Shown in pieces: positions 1-9,234 of a stretch of 64,000 nt of DNA. The DNA lies in IMG/VR virus record IMGVR_UViG_3300011678_000001, positions 192,001 through 256,000 of that record; one strand, given 5' to 3'. Source of the stretch: a virus (lineage: Duplodnaviria; Caudoviricetes). The position numbers and the translations under genes are program-made. How positions within the stretch are numbered: the first letter of the stretch is position 1; every line of letters starts with the position of its first letter. The notes beneath the pieces were generated by a model, which did no database searches, was not told where the DNA came from, and saw nothing but the letters and a program-made list of their open reading frames with translations.

Positions 1-1120
1 CCTCACGGACCGAGACGTAGCGGTTGTAGATCGCGTGGTCAATGATCTTAAGGTAGGACTTGAGCAAGCCCTTGTGTCGCATGATCGATTCTTCGAACGT
101 GGTGTGCGAGTAGCCCTGCGCGCCCATGTAACGGACTTTGACGTCCGGGTCCATGTGGTACATGATGGCGGTCACCCCGATGTAGACGTTGTAACCTCCG
201 CCGTCGTTCCGTTGCATGACCGGGTAGGCGATGTCATACATCTTGTTCTTGAACGCATCCGAACTGGTCATAGTCGCTGACAACCCAAGGGACTTGGGCA
301 AATGCGTATATAGATCAATGCGGTAGTTGTTGTGGAATTCCTGGTGTAGCTCGTCAGTTACCCGGAACCCGATCCCCAGTTTGGGATAGAAATCGATGGG
401 TTTGATCGGATAAACTTTGGTCGAACCATTGGTCTCCTCGTAATGCTTGATGTAATCGCGCATCGTGGCGGAGGTGACGATGATTACCTTGGCTTCCAGC
501 GTACCTTCAAGTGCCATGGTCTGAAGGGCAATAAGGTCTTTTGACCCACGCACGATCAGGAACTCGCCTCGCTTGAACGTAAAGGTTTCTTCAAGGTCAT
601 TCTTCCAGCGCTCCACATACCCACCTTTGAAGTGAATCATCGTACGCAGGGAGAGCTGGTTCATGCAGTACTGGGCGATAAAGGTCTTTCCTTGCCCAGT
701 CTGGAGGGTCACCATCTTGATGATGGGGTCGTATTTAGGGTTCTCATTATCCAATACGTACTCGATAATTCCCACCTGGATAGGACGAGGCGGGAACATC
801 TTGCGGACATCGAACGTGACCTTGGGGAGGTCTTCAACCTTCACAACGTGGTGCACAATCGGCACCAAGTGTTCAGCATACCCGAAATTCTTAAACAGGT
901 GGTGTTTCAGCGAACTCAATTGATTCCGATGAAAACTGAACTCTCGGCGATTGCGAGTCGCCGCTGCGAAGGTCCGCATCCCTTTCGGAATGAACTTCTT
1001 GCCTTTCTTCTCGAAGCCATACTCGATGAGGGGTTTACAGAACGACAACATGGCTTGCAAGTCGCGCTCTGTAATCACGTCGGATATTTTAATCGCGTGA
1101 CTGTAGACATCAATTTTCAT
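1..1120 (-). CDS. SF2 DExH-box helicase (phiKZ gp75-like), runs off the left edge of the window; missing from the ORF track
   Basis: Manual translation from ATG at 1120 (MKIDVYSHAIK...) gives Walker A LQTGQGKT, Walker B VTDELH and motif III LGLSAT; no stop seen before position 1; lies downstream of the nvRNAP subunits as in phiKZ. Confidence 0.9.
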   Translation of the reverse strand, partial: MKIDVYSHAIKISDVITERDLQAMLSFCKPLIEYGFEKKGKKFIPKGMRTFAAATRNRREFSFHRNQLSSLKHHLFKNFGYAEHLVPIVHHVVKVEDLPKVTFDVRKMFPPRPIQVGIIEYVLDNENPKYDPIIKMVTLQTGQGKTFIAQYCMNQLSLRTMIHFKGGYVERWKNDLEETFTFKRGEFLIVRGSKDLIALQTMALEGTLEAKVIIVTSATMRDYIKHYEETNGSTKVYPIKPIDFYPKLGIGFRVTDELHQEFHNNYRIDLYTHLPKSLGLSATMTSSDAFKNKMYDIAYPVMQRNDGGGYNVYIGVTAIMYHMDPDVKVRYMGAQGYSHTTFEESIMRHKGLLKSYLKIIDHAIYNRYVSVRE

Positions 1121-1233
1121 TGGGATACCCTGCGTCGCGCATATGCTGTTTTACATATGAAACCCTGATAAGATGATAAAAAACTAAGTCCATTGTTGTC
1201 CAAGGACGTCCGAAGACGTCCACGTGGGTGGGG

Positions 1234-1518
1234 TTAATTTGTTGCCGGCCAGTGAACTTTTAAATCAAAGTAAGCCGTGACACGCAATTCTTCTTCAGAC
1301 CTGGTGCTCTGGTCTTTTCGAGACCAGCGTACGGTATTGGTGTCCGGGTCTACCTCAATGTCGAATTTAGGGTTGTCGTTTTCAATCTCGGCACGATCAA
1401 GACGAATACTCAAACCACGCTGCAGTTCCATTCCGCGATTGACGAAGAAGTCGTCTACTCTAAGTCGTCCGCTAAGGCCAGCTTTGCAACTAAGTTTAAC
1501 TTCAGTGACGGTGGGCAT
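1234..1518 (-). CDS. hypothetical protein (94 aa)
   Basis: ORF with GGAGG RBS before MPTVTEVK. Confidence 0.6.
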   Translation of the reverse strand: MPTVTEVKLSCKAGLSGRLRVDDFFVNRGMELQRGLSIRLDRAEIENDNPKFDIEVDPDTNTVRWSRKDQSTRSEEELRVTAYFDLKVHWPATN

Positions 1519-1540
1519 AATACCTCCAAGCAAATAGAAA

Positions 1541-1562
1541 GGAGGGCCGAAGCCCTCCTATG
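1541..1562 (-). terminator. intrinsic terminator hairpin
   Basis: GGAGGGC-CGAA-GCCCTCC stem immediately after the stop of 1564..3708. Confidence 0.7.
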
Positions 1563-1563
1563 G

Positions 1564-3708
1564 TTAGATGATTTCCGGGAACACGAACGGATCGAGCAAT
1601 CCGGCTGGCCGCTTGGTGATCAAGTAGCTGTCCGGGTCTTCGATCATGTCCGGCTGACGCTCGTACGCCAACTGCTGACCGTCGGAACGGTACTGCATCA
1701 GGGTACGGTGCTCTTCGAACTTAGACGGCCGGTCAAAGGCCGGCAGGCAGTAATCGTCCGGGTCGTCGGCAGGGCGCATCAGACTGAGCAGGATCACTTC
1801 CAGGTGAGCGACGTTCACACGCAGCTTGGAGTTGACCAGGTCACTGAAGTCCAGCAGAGCGGCTACCGGGTCATCATACCCCGTCAGCATCTTACCGGAG
1901 AATCCATTGCGTTCTGACTTCTTCGCCGGAGACCGGATGAACGCCTCAACCGCTGCCATGAAGTCCAAGGTGGACGCGTGGCGACGCGGCAGAGAGAACG
2001 CCGGTTGTGCGAAGTCCCAGTGAGCCAGGTCGATACAGAAGTTCCCGTACTCATCGACGGTGTAGCCATGTTCCTGAACGTAGTACAGCATCACACGGGA
2101 AAGCGAAGCCAGACGCGCGCCCTGACTGACAGGAATGAACACCGAGGTGGTCTCTTCCCGCAGGTTGGTGACACGGATCTGTACTTCACGGAACGAGGTA
2201 AAGCGGTGGATGTTCAGCCGCTCGATCGCCGTTTCCTTGTTGATACCGACCAGACCCGATCCGTTCTCCATGTTCTTGTCCTGCGAGGCTGCCAGGATCA
2301 GAACCGGAGACATCTTCTTCAGCCGTGGGTTGAGCTTCAACAGTGAACTGTCCTTGGTCGAGGTGGGCAGTTCTTCACCCAGCAACTCCTCGGTACGGCG
2401 CTGAGCCTGTTGCATGGCGGCCGGATTGCCGGCTTCACTGATGAGGGTATCGGTTTCCTCAGGGTCTGCGGCGCAGATGTCGATGTACGGTAGGTACTCC
2501 TCGGGGATGATGATCTCTTCCACCACGGAGCTACCGTCCAAGTGCTTGACCGACAGAGTCCGCTGGGAACCTTCCCGGCAGAGTTCGGTGGCGCAGACGT
2601 GACCCAGTGAGGTTTCCCGTGGGACCGACCAAGCCAGTTCACCAAAGCACACGTGACACACAGCACCCTCGCCCCGGTGACGGCAGAACATACCTGAACG
2701 CATCTGGATGGTCTTACCCACCAAGTGACGGTCTTCAGCCCGTACCGCTTTGAGCTTGCCATCGTCAGCCAAGTAGATCTTGCCTTCCAGGTGCTGCAGG
2801 ATCACCGAGTCCACCGGAATCGATGCGTACCGATCCGAGCCACAGTCATCCCAGATCAGCTTGTCGACCACGGTCGTGGACAACTGCATCTTCCGGTTGA
2901 AGTACTCGACGATTCGCAGCGGCTTCTTGGTAAACAGCAAAGCTTTCTTCGCCGAGCACGACTCAATCATGATGTCGTGTAGCTTGGTCAGGCCCTCGAA
3001 GTACCCGGTGGTAATCGGCTTACGGAAGATCACCTGGTCAATGTCGGTCAGGTAACCCCGGCAGATCAGGATCTGAAGGAACTGGGCAATCTTGATCTGC
3101 TTACTGCGCAGGCCACGGACGATCGGGTTGTGCAGGATCGCTGGGTCCTTCATCAGGACTTCAGTGGCACGGTCGTACGCGGTGGTGATGCTGAGTTGGT
3201 TCGGGCGCAACGCCTGACGAATCTCCACGATGGGCGGATAGTCGTACAGTTCCAGCAGGTGGAACGCGTTGATCGAAACCTGCCATTCCTCCAGGTTAAT
3301 GCTGAGCTTGTTGTAGATCTCGTTGCCGATGTCCTTGACCACGCGCCAGGCGTCTTCACGGTCATAGCACGCGTCATGGTTGGAATGCTCGACACCTGGG
3401 GTGAAGTAGGTGTAGTGCAAATCCCGCATGATGTTGGAGATGGTCTTGGGTACCGTCTCAGCGCTGGGGAACCCATTGCCGATATGGTGCGAGACATTGA
3501 GCGGGGTGCGCGGAAACTGCCGGTGCAATTCCCAGCAGAACCAGCTCAAGGAGGTCCGACGCGTGGTGGTCTGCAAAACCCCATCGTCAAACTCGATCTC
3601 GAGCTTTTCATCCGGCAGTGGCCATGCTGCCAAGATGTCTTGGTTCATGAAGTTACGAGCAATGATACGGCGCATCGCTTTCTCCGTTGAGTGCGGGTGG
3701 TAAACCAC
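1564..3708 (-). CDS. non-virion RNA polymerase beta'-like C-terminal subunit (phiKZ gp74-like)
   Basis: DDCGS...C-x7-CHVCFG Zn motif and LGHVCATELCREGSQRTLSVKH, matching the RpoC GEPGTQLTMRTFH region; RGYLTD motif. Confidence 0.9.
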   Translation of the reverse strand: MVYHPHSTEKAMRRIIARNFMNQDILAAWPLPDEKLEIEFDDGVLQTTTRRTSLSWFCWELHRQFPRTPLNVSHHIGNGFPSAETVPKTISNIMRDLHYTYFTPGVEHSNHDACYDREDAWRVVKDIGNEIYNKLSINLEEWQVSINAFHLLELYDYPPIVEIRQALRPNQLSITTAYDRATEVLMKDPAILHNPIVRGLRSKQIKIAQFLQILICRGYLTDIDQVIFRKPITTGYFEGLTKLHDIMIESCSAKKALLFTKKPLRIVEYFNRKMQLSTTVVDKLIWDDCGSDRYASIPVDSVILQHLEGKIYLADDGKLKAVRAEDRHLVGKTIQMRSGMFCRHRGEGAVCHVCFGELAWSVPRETSLGHVCATELCREGSQRTLSVKHLDGSSVVEEIIIPEEYLPYIDICAADPEETDTLISEAGNPAAMQQAQRRTEELLGEELPTSTKDSSLLKLNPRLKKMSPVLILAASQDKNMENGSGLVGINKETAIERLNIHRFTSFREVQIRVTNLREETTSVFIPVSQGARLASLSRVMLYYVQEHGYTVDEYGNFCIDLAHWDFAQPAFSLPRRHASTLDFMAAVEAFIRSPAKKSERNGFSGKMLTGYDDPVAALLDFSDLVNSKLRVNVAHLEVILLSLMRPADDPDDYCLPAFDRPSKFEEHRTLMQYRSDGQQLAYERQPDMIEDPDSYLITKRPAGLLDPFVFPEII

Positions 3709-3721
3709 CCGCTATAGGTTG

Positions 3722-5947
3722 CTATTCGTTGGTGAGTTCTTTACCAGAACACTGGAACATGTGACGCATGTACGCCAATGGCCGGTGCCCGCCAACCGGT
3801 ACGACTTTCCGGTCCAGCACTTCCGGAATGTTCGTCGGGGTTGGGTGGGTCAACAGCCGACGCAACACGAACTTGTGCGCAATCGGGTTGTTACTGGCAT
3901 CCTTCTGGTCTGCAATGGCTTCACCACCACAGGTCGCAGCTTCCGAGCGGTACTCGGACTCACCGACACGAATGGACGACTGACGACCGGGAGAGTCGTA
4001 CTTGTCATTGTTGGACAGACGGGCAGTGGTACCAAAGACGTTACACTTCGCGGAGGAAGCGGCCATCCAGGAGTCTTCTGCTGTCTTCTCCAGGTTGATG
4101 TACCACGACGGCGCAATCAGCTGAGGCTCACGCGACACCTTCATGTTGCCATCACGACCCCGGAACCGCACAGGGGTAATGAACGGTGGCCAGCGCTCTT
4201 TGATCTGCCGAATAACGTCCGGCATGTTCACCGGGTTATCGGTTGGCATGTACAGGTACAGTCCGTACATGTGATCCAAAAGCACAGAGGCTACGTGGGT
4301 GTACATGAACTCCGGGTTCTGCTCACGGTACTTCGGGTCAACCAGGTCCTGGTACTGGAACGGCGCCACTACCTTGTAGAACTCCAGCAGCTCATTAAAC
4401 GCTGCTTCTACCAGGTCACGGTTCTCCGGGGTGTAGATGACGTCGTTGACTTCCTCCTCGGTGAGTTGCACGTTCTTATTAAAGCCGAAGGTTTCCTGAA
4501 TGCGTTTGCCCAGGTCCCGACCGGCCGCTGCCACGACCATCTCGATTGGCGACGCCGGGGTTTCCCGGTTCCACCGCGAGTTCGGGTCCACGACGATGTC
4601 AGCGACAACTCCGTTCTCATCGACCGGCATGTCTTCGTCAGGCACCACCTCCACCACAACCGACTTGTTCCCGTCAATGTCGGTGATCTTATAGCCTTTG
4701 TTGGGGACCGACAGGTACTTGAACGTGATCTCCACGCGCCAAGCATCCAGTTTCACCCCACGGTAGACTTTGTCGACCTTACCGCCACCGTCTTCACGCG
4801 CCTTGGTGTTGAACCCCCGATCGGGCTTGATGTAGTCAGGTCCAACCCGGCCGATGGCTTCTTTGACCAGTTGGCTAAACTCTGGCTCCAGACGCAAGGC
4901 CATGTTCCGCATGGACGCCCGCTTACGCAGGTCAACCCAGACGTCCACGATCTTGCGGTACCATTCGGTGTCCGCGTTGTAGTACTTGAGCAGCTGCTCT
5001 TCCATGCCAATGGGCAGCGGCGGAATGTTGATCGAGGTGTTACGCTCAACCTTGATGTCCACCACCTCAGCATCGATGTGCTGCACGAACCGCTTACGAT
5101 CAAAGATGTAGTCGGTCTGTTGCAACGCCTCGACGGTCATGTTCGACACAGCGCTGATCGGATCATACCGACGCAAGGCTACCAGCAAGCCGGTGGAATC
5201 AACCTTGTCGCCCAAATCCGGGAAGATCTTGTACTGGCCTGGAACGGTGGATTGGTTGGTCGGGTAGTACTCGCGCCCGAATTCGAAGACTCGCGTCTCA
5301 AATCCTGTGGGGGCCAGTGCTTTCATGTAGCCTGCCCGGACCTTGACACCGTCTTCAGTCCCTGCCACGTCAGAGGCCATCAACACGTTGGTCTCACGAC
5401 CGTACATGTAGTTGCCCTGTTCATCGATCAAAGGTGAATGCGCCAACTTCACCCCTTTCTTAAACCGCGCTCCCTTTCGCAGTTGATCCATCGCATCTCG
5501 GTTCCGCTTGAACTCCGTACCGAAATGTTGGTGCGTGACTTGGTAGTCCGTGAGCATCAGCACGCCAATCTCTGACGTGTTGTAGTTCTCGTAGATCACC
5601 GCTGTCTGTGGCGAATGTTTGATGCGATTGGCACCAGCGGTGTGGGCGAAGCGTGGAATGATCTCCAGCACCTCCACATCGTCTGGAAACTCAATCGAGA
5701 ACGTGGCTTGCCCGAACGCACGTTCCATCCCTGTCATGATGCGCTTGCGCATCGGTTCCTTAATAACAACCATCTGGGCAAGGTTGCCCGTGAACATGGC
5801 TGCACGTGAGGCCGAGATGTGCCGGATGAACGGATTGAGTCCGTACAACGACATCAGCTCAGGTCGCAGCTCTACGGGGTTATCAAGAGCTGGGCTCTGA
5901 TACCGCTGTTCTAATTGTTCTGCGACAGAAAGGTTAGTGTTAAGCAT
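3722..5947 (-). CDS. non-virion RNA polymerase beta-like C-terminal subunit (phiKZ gp71-73-like), uninterrupted
   Basis: RpoB-like motifs SASRAAM, TEDG, GYKITDIDGNKSVV, DMP..ENG...DIVVDP and RVGESE. Confidence 0.92.
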   Translation of the reverse strand: MLNTNLSVAEQLEQRYQSPALDNPVELRPELMSLYGLNPFIRHISASRAAMFTGNLAQMVVIKEPMRKRIMTGMERAFGQATFSIEFPDDVEVLEIIPRFAHTAGANRIKHSPQTAVIYENYNTSEIGVLMLTDYQVTHQHFGTEFKRNRDAMDQLRKGARFKKGVKLAHSPLIDEQGNYMYGRETNVLMASDVAGTEDGVKVRAGYMKALAPTGFETRVFEFGREYYPTNQSTVPGQYKIFPDLGDKVDSTGLLVALRRYDPISAVSNMTVEALQQTDYIFDRKRFVQHIDAEVVDIKVERNTSINIPPLPIGMEEQLLKYYNADTEWYRKIVDVWVDLRKRASMRNMALRLEPEFSQLVKEAIGRVGPDYIKPDRGFNTKAREDGGGKVDKVYRGVKLDAWRVEITFKYLSVPNKGYKITDIDGNKSVVVEVVPDEDMPVDENGVVADIVVDPNSRWNRETPASPIEMVVAAAGRDLGKRIQETFGFNKNVQLTEEEVNDVIYTPENRDLVEAAFNELLEFYKVVAPFQYQDLVDPKYREQNPEFMYTHVASVLLDHMYGLYLYMPTDNPVNMPDVIRQIKERWPPFITPVRFRGRDGNMKVSREPQLIAPSWYINLEKTAEDSWMAASSAKCNVFGTTARLSNNDKYDSPGRQSSIRVGESEYRSEAATCGGEAIADQKDASNNPIAHKFVLRRLLTHPTPTNIPEVLDRKVVPVGGHRPLAYMRHMFQCSGKELTNE

Positions 5948-5993
5948 CGGTTACTCCCATTATCCTACAGGTGAGCTATTGCTTACCATTTTA

Positions 5994-6020
5994 ATAATGT
6001 ATCGCTGAAGAAAATTCAAA
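5994..6020 (-). promoter_or_regulatory. putative early (virion RNAP) promoter
   Basis: TTTGAA-N13-TACATTAT about 47 nt upstream of the ATG; the motif recurs about ten times and resembles the phiKZ early consensus TATATTAC. Confidence 0.6.
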
Positions 6021-6033
6021 CCAGGAGTTAGGC

Positions 6034-6372
6034 ATGAGTGCTTCGTTAAACAGTCTAATGGTCAACAGTGGCGACACGATCTACCACAGTGCTGACTTCC
6101 TAAACTTTGTGCACACCCACAAGGCCTACCTAAAGGCTAATTCGGTGATCACGGCGCTGGACCCCGGCCTTGTTCACAAGTTCGAATATAACTTCGTCTC
6201 CCTCCTTGTTGAGTTGACGTATCCGATTGAAGACTTGATGTTGCTGATGGTGGTGAATGACATCGAATGCCCTACGCAAATGACACAGGACCTGAGTGAG
6301 ATACGTATCCCTGATCCCAGTGTGGTGCAGCAGTTAAAATCACTGTATCGCCAGATGCCTGGGCGCATCTGA
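6034..6372 (+). CDS. small protein, possibly LysM / T4 gp53-like baseplate wedge
   Basis: AGGAG RBS; LLMVVNDIECP...EIRIPD pattern resembles LysM-type baseplate proteins; opposite strand to its neighbours. Confidence 0.55.
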   Translation: MSASLNSLMVNSGDTIYHSADFLNFVHTHKAYLKANSVITALDPGLVHKFEYNFVSLLVELTYPIEDLMLLMVVNDIECPTQMTQDLSEIRIPDPSVVQQLKSLYRQMPGRI

Positions 6373-6383
6373 GGACAAAGAAA

Positions 6384-6415
6384 GAGGAGAGGGTCACCCC
6401 TCTCCTCCTATGCCG
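6384..6415. terminator. bidirectional terminator with TATGCCG flank
   Basis: GAGGAGAGGG-TCAC-CCCTCTCCTC between convergent genes. Confidence 0.8.
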
Positions 6416-6420
6416 TCTGA

Positions 6421-7737
6421 TCAGAACCCTGAACGACTGCTGCCAGCACCGAAGGTGCGACGAGTCGGGGCCCGATCATCTCGGCGGAAGCTGCTGCTAA
6501 AGCCGCTGTCGCGACCCATGGAGAAGCTCCGTTCACTGCCACGGCCAAAGCTGCTGGCACGGTCATTGCCACGGGTGTCACGACCGAACGAGAAGCTGCG
6601 GTCTTCTTCCCGACGCCCGAATGCACCCCGACGATCATCTTCACGGCGGCCGCCGGTCAGGAAATCATCAAGTGACTTGCCACGCTTCTGCGGTTGAGCA
6701 GTTTCACGGCGAGTCGGGGTCTCACGAGCAGGACGACCGTCGTCTTCCCACGGCAGGTCAACGGCTTCGGCCTTGGAAGATTCACGCACTGGTCGGTCAC
6801 GGTTGACCGGCGCAATACGAGCAGCCACTTTCTCAGTAACATCTTCCTTGGCTTTGGCTTCAGCGACGATGATCGCCCCTTCGTTGCCTTCCTGCGGCGG
6901 AACCAGACGACGCATATCGGCCAACGATTCCATGCCTTCCATCCAGGTCAGGTCGATGGTCAAGGATTCCACCAGGTCTTTACCCAGCAGTTTCTTGTGC
7001 GTCTTGATCACGCCGTTCAGGTGGGTGGCCATGTTGGCGTAGCCCATCATCAGTGCGTGGAAGTACGGCGCGACCATGTTCTTGCTGCCGTAGTCGTAGC
7101 TGGCGCGAGTTGCCTCATCACCCAGCACGATTTCGAACAGGGCACGAACCGAGTTACGCGCTTTCTTCGACGGGTACTTGACGCCCAGCAGGTCCGGTTC
7201 ATCAGCGATGATCGAGTCGAGCACCGGGAACTTGAAGTTCGCCATGCGCAGGACGCCATCAGCCTTGGAGCCTTTACGCAGGCTGATCGAGACCAGGCGC
7301 TTTTCTGGCTCCGGGGCAATGCGCAGAATCACCTTGTTCAGGAAGTCGTAAGTACGCTCGTCCATGTCGGCGAGGTTCTTCAGGTACTTGCCTGAGGCGG
7401 GGTCCAGACGCTTGTGCTCGCTGGGGGTAGCCGCTACGCGCCCCAGTTCGGTGATCAGCGACACCGCTGTGATGGTCAGCTTGTACATGATGGTGTCGCG
7501 CAGCGACTTGATCATGTCGGACTCTGACCGGGTGATGTTCTCAGACAGCGGATGGTACACGATGGTGCCTTCGCCGTTGGAACGCAGGTGCTCGGAGGTA
7601 GGCAATACCACCCGCTTGCCGTTGATGGTAAATGGGCTGGTGCCTTCACCGACAACACGGCTCAGATGACCCTTGCCCGTCTCGTCCACAATGCCAACCG
7701 AGTTCAGCACCCGGATGTTAAACTCATGAAGTTCCAT
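6421..7737 (-). CDS. conserved core protein (phiKZ gp70 position) with R/D/S/FG-rich disordered C-terminus
   Basis: 438-aa ORF with AGGAG RBS between picA and the nvRNAP beta subunit. Confidence 0.75.
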   Translation of the reverse strand: MELHEFNIRVLNSVGIVDETGKGHLSRVVGEGTSPFTINGKRVVLPTSEHLRSNGEGTIVYHPLSENITRSESDMIKSLRDTIMYKLTITAVSLITELGRVAATPSEHKRLDPASGKYLKNLADMDERTYDFLNKVILRIAPEPEKRLVSISLRKGSKADGVLRMANFKFPVLDSIIADEPDLLGVKYPSKKARNSVRALFEIVLGDEATRASYDYGSKNMVAPYFHALMMGYANMATHLNGVIKTHKKLLGKDLVESLTIDLTWMEGMESLADMRRLVPPQEGNEGAIIVAEAKAKEDVTEKVAARIAPVNRDRPVRESSKAEAVDLPWEDDGRPARETPTRRETAQPQKRGKSLDDFLTGGRREDDRRGAFGRREEDRSFSFGRDTRGNDRASSFGRGSERSFSMGRDSGFSSSFRRDDRAPTRRTFGAGSSRSGF

Positions 7738-7746
7738 GACTGCTCC

Positions 7747-9234
7747 TTAGAAGTTGTAACCGCTGCTGTCGGTAATGATAGACGAGTCAAGTGCCGGACG
7801 GCTCCGGGAACCCAACGTATCCACAATGTTGGTCAGCGTCTCACCCATCTTCTCGATGCAATTCCGATCATCGACAACGACAGGTGCTACCAATGAGTCG
7901 CAGAACACAGGGAACGCGAACTCGGCTGGTTCATCGCCTTCAAGCTGGATGTGTACAATCACATCGCCCGAGAGGCTGGCCTTTACCCGCAGGTCGAACA
8001 TGCAGTTCTCCCACGGTAGCATGTCCACGAACAGTTCGGTGATAAGCCGTTGTTCGAAGGCTGCCAAGGCTTGTTGGTTGATGCTCTTGCCCATGAGCGG
8101 GAGGACTTCCGGAATGATGATCACCGGTTCACCCATGTGCGAGTAGTTGTTCGCCTCGAAATGGATGTGGGCCAGGTGGTGGAAGGCCATGTACGTCGGC
8201 AACGCCCGTGCGATCTGAATGGCGGCTACCGTGGTGTTATCACGGCCATTCCAATCGGTGGTGTCACGCGAGTAGTCACGGGACGTTTCAGGGCGCTCGA
8301 AGAACACCTTGACGTCATCCCAGGCAAACTCCGGGTTCATGGCAATCAGTTCACCGTAGGTGATGAAGCCTTGTTCCAGGATGTTGGTGTCACGGGCCAG
8401 ATCAGCGAAGTCTGGGATGCTGGTGAACGAACGCTCACGCACCTGACCACGGGCATCACGCATGATCTGACTGGCATCACGGTCAAACCCATTGCCGTCA
8501 CCGAAGACCTCTCCTTCGTTGGCAGTGTTCAGTGCCTTGAGGGCACGGTGGAAGTAACGGGTGGAGGAATCGTTCCAGCGGTTGGACATCCGCAGGCCCG
8601 GTTGAGTGAAGCTGTTACGCATGTCCATGAAGCGCCCGGTCTCTTTGGCGTTCCGGCTGAACGCAGTCGAGAGCACATCCTTCGGGCTGGACTGGAACAC
8701 ATCTTCCGGCCGCATGGTCATGGTGCCCGGTGACAGGCGATCACGGGTGAAGTCAGGCATGGTCTGCGGACCGATCAGGTGGTTAGACCCAGCGATCTGC
8801 GTACGCCACCCACCCCCAGTGGGGCTGTCCATGTAGCTCTGATTCACCTCGGTGACCGAGTTGAAGTACAGGGCCATGTTCTCGTCCAGTTTCACGCCGC
8901 GCAGGCTGTTGACCGCCCCGACGTGATCGGTATAGCCGGAGATCTCCAGCGTTTGACGAGCGGAACGCGCATCGCGAACCAAGACGGTCATGAGGAACAT
9001 GAACCGCTTCTCGCCCCAGCCGTTGGCAATGATGGCTTTACTGCCGACGTTGGCTTGAGGACGAATGATACGACCGGCCACACGGCTCAGCGCCGCAGGG
9101 GACAGGTCAGAGCCGCCACGCGTGTCGTGGTCGAGCTGGTTGATAAGTTCTCCGGTTGCGTCCGACATAAAAGGACGAAGTTGCATGTCGCGATAGCCGG
9201 AGCGCTCACGAAAGACGATATCAACTAACTGCAT
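7747..9234 (-). CDS. picA: nuclear import factor PicA/Imp1 (phiKZ gp69-like)
   Basis: 495 aa from MQLVDIVFRE (GGGAG RBS), directly after the gp68-like subunit; assigned by synteny and size. Confidence 0.65.
   Translation of the reverse strand: MQLVDIVFRERSGYRDMQLRPFMSDATGELINQLDHDTRGGSDLSPAALSRVAGRIIRPQANVGSKAIIANGWGEKRFMFLMTVLVRDARSARQTLEISGYTDHVGAVNSLRGVKLDENMALYFNSVTEVNQSYMDSPTGGGWRTQIAGSNHLIGPQTMPDFTRDRLSPGTMTMRPEDVFQSSPKDVLSTAFSRNAKETGRFMDMRNSFTQPGLRMSNRWNDSSTRYFHRALKALNTANEGEVFGDGNGFDRDASQIMRDARGQVRERSFTSIPDFADLARDTNILEQGFITYGELIAMNPEFAWDDVKVFFERPETSRDYSRDTTDWNGRDNTTVAAIQIARALPTYMAFHHLAHIHFEANNYSHMGEPVIIIPEVLPLMGKSINQQALAAFEQRLITELFVDMLPWENCMFDLRVKASLSGDVIVHIQLEGDEPAEFAFPVFCDSLVAPVVVDDRNCIEKMGETLTNIVDTLGSRSRPALDSSIITDSSGYNF

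Noticed and set aside
3719-5437. 572-aa plus-strand ORF
   Set aside because: Antisense shadow of the nvRNAP beta subunit, explained by codon bias; no RBS or motifs seen
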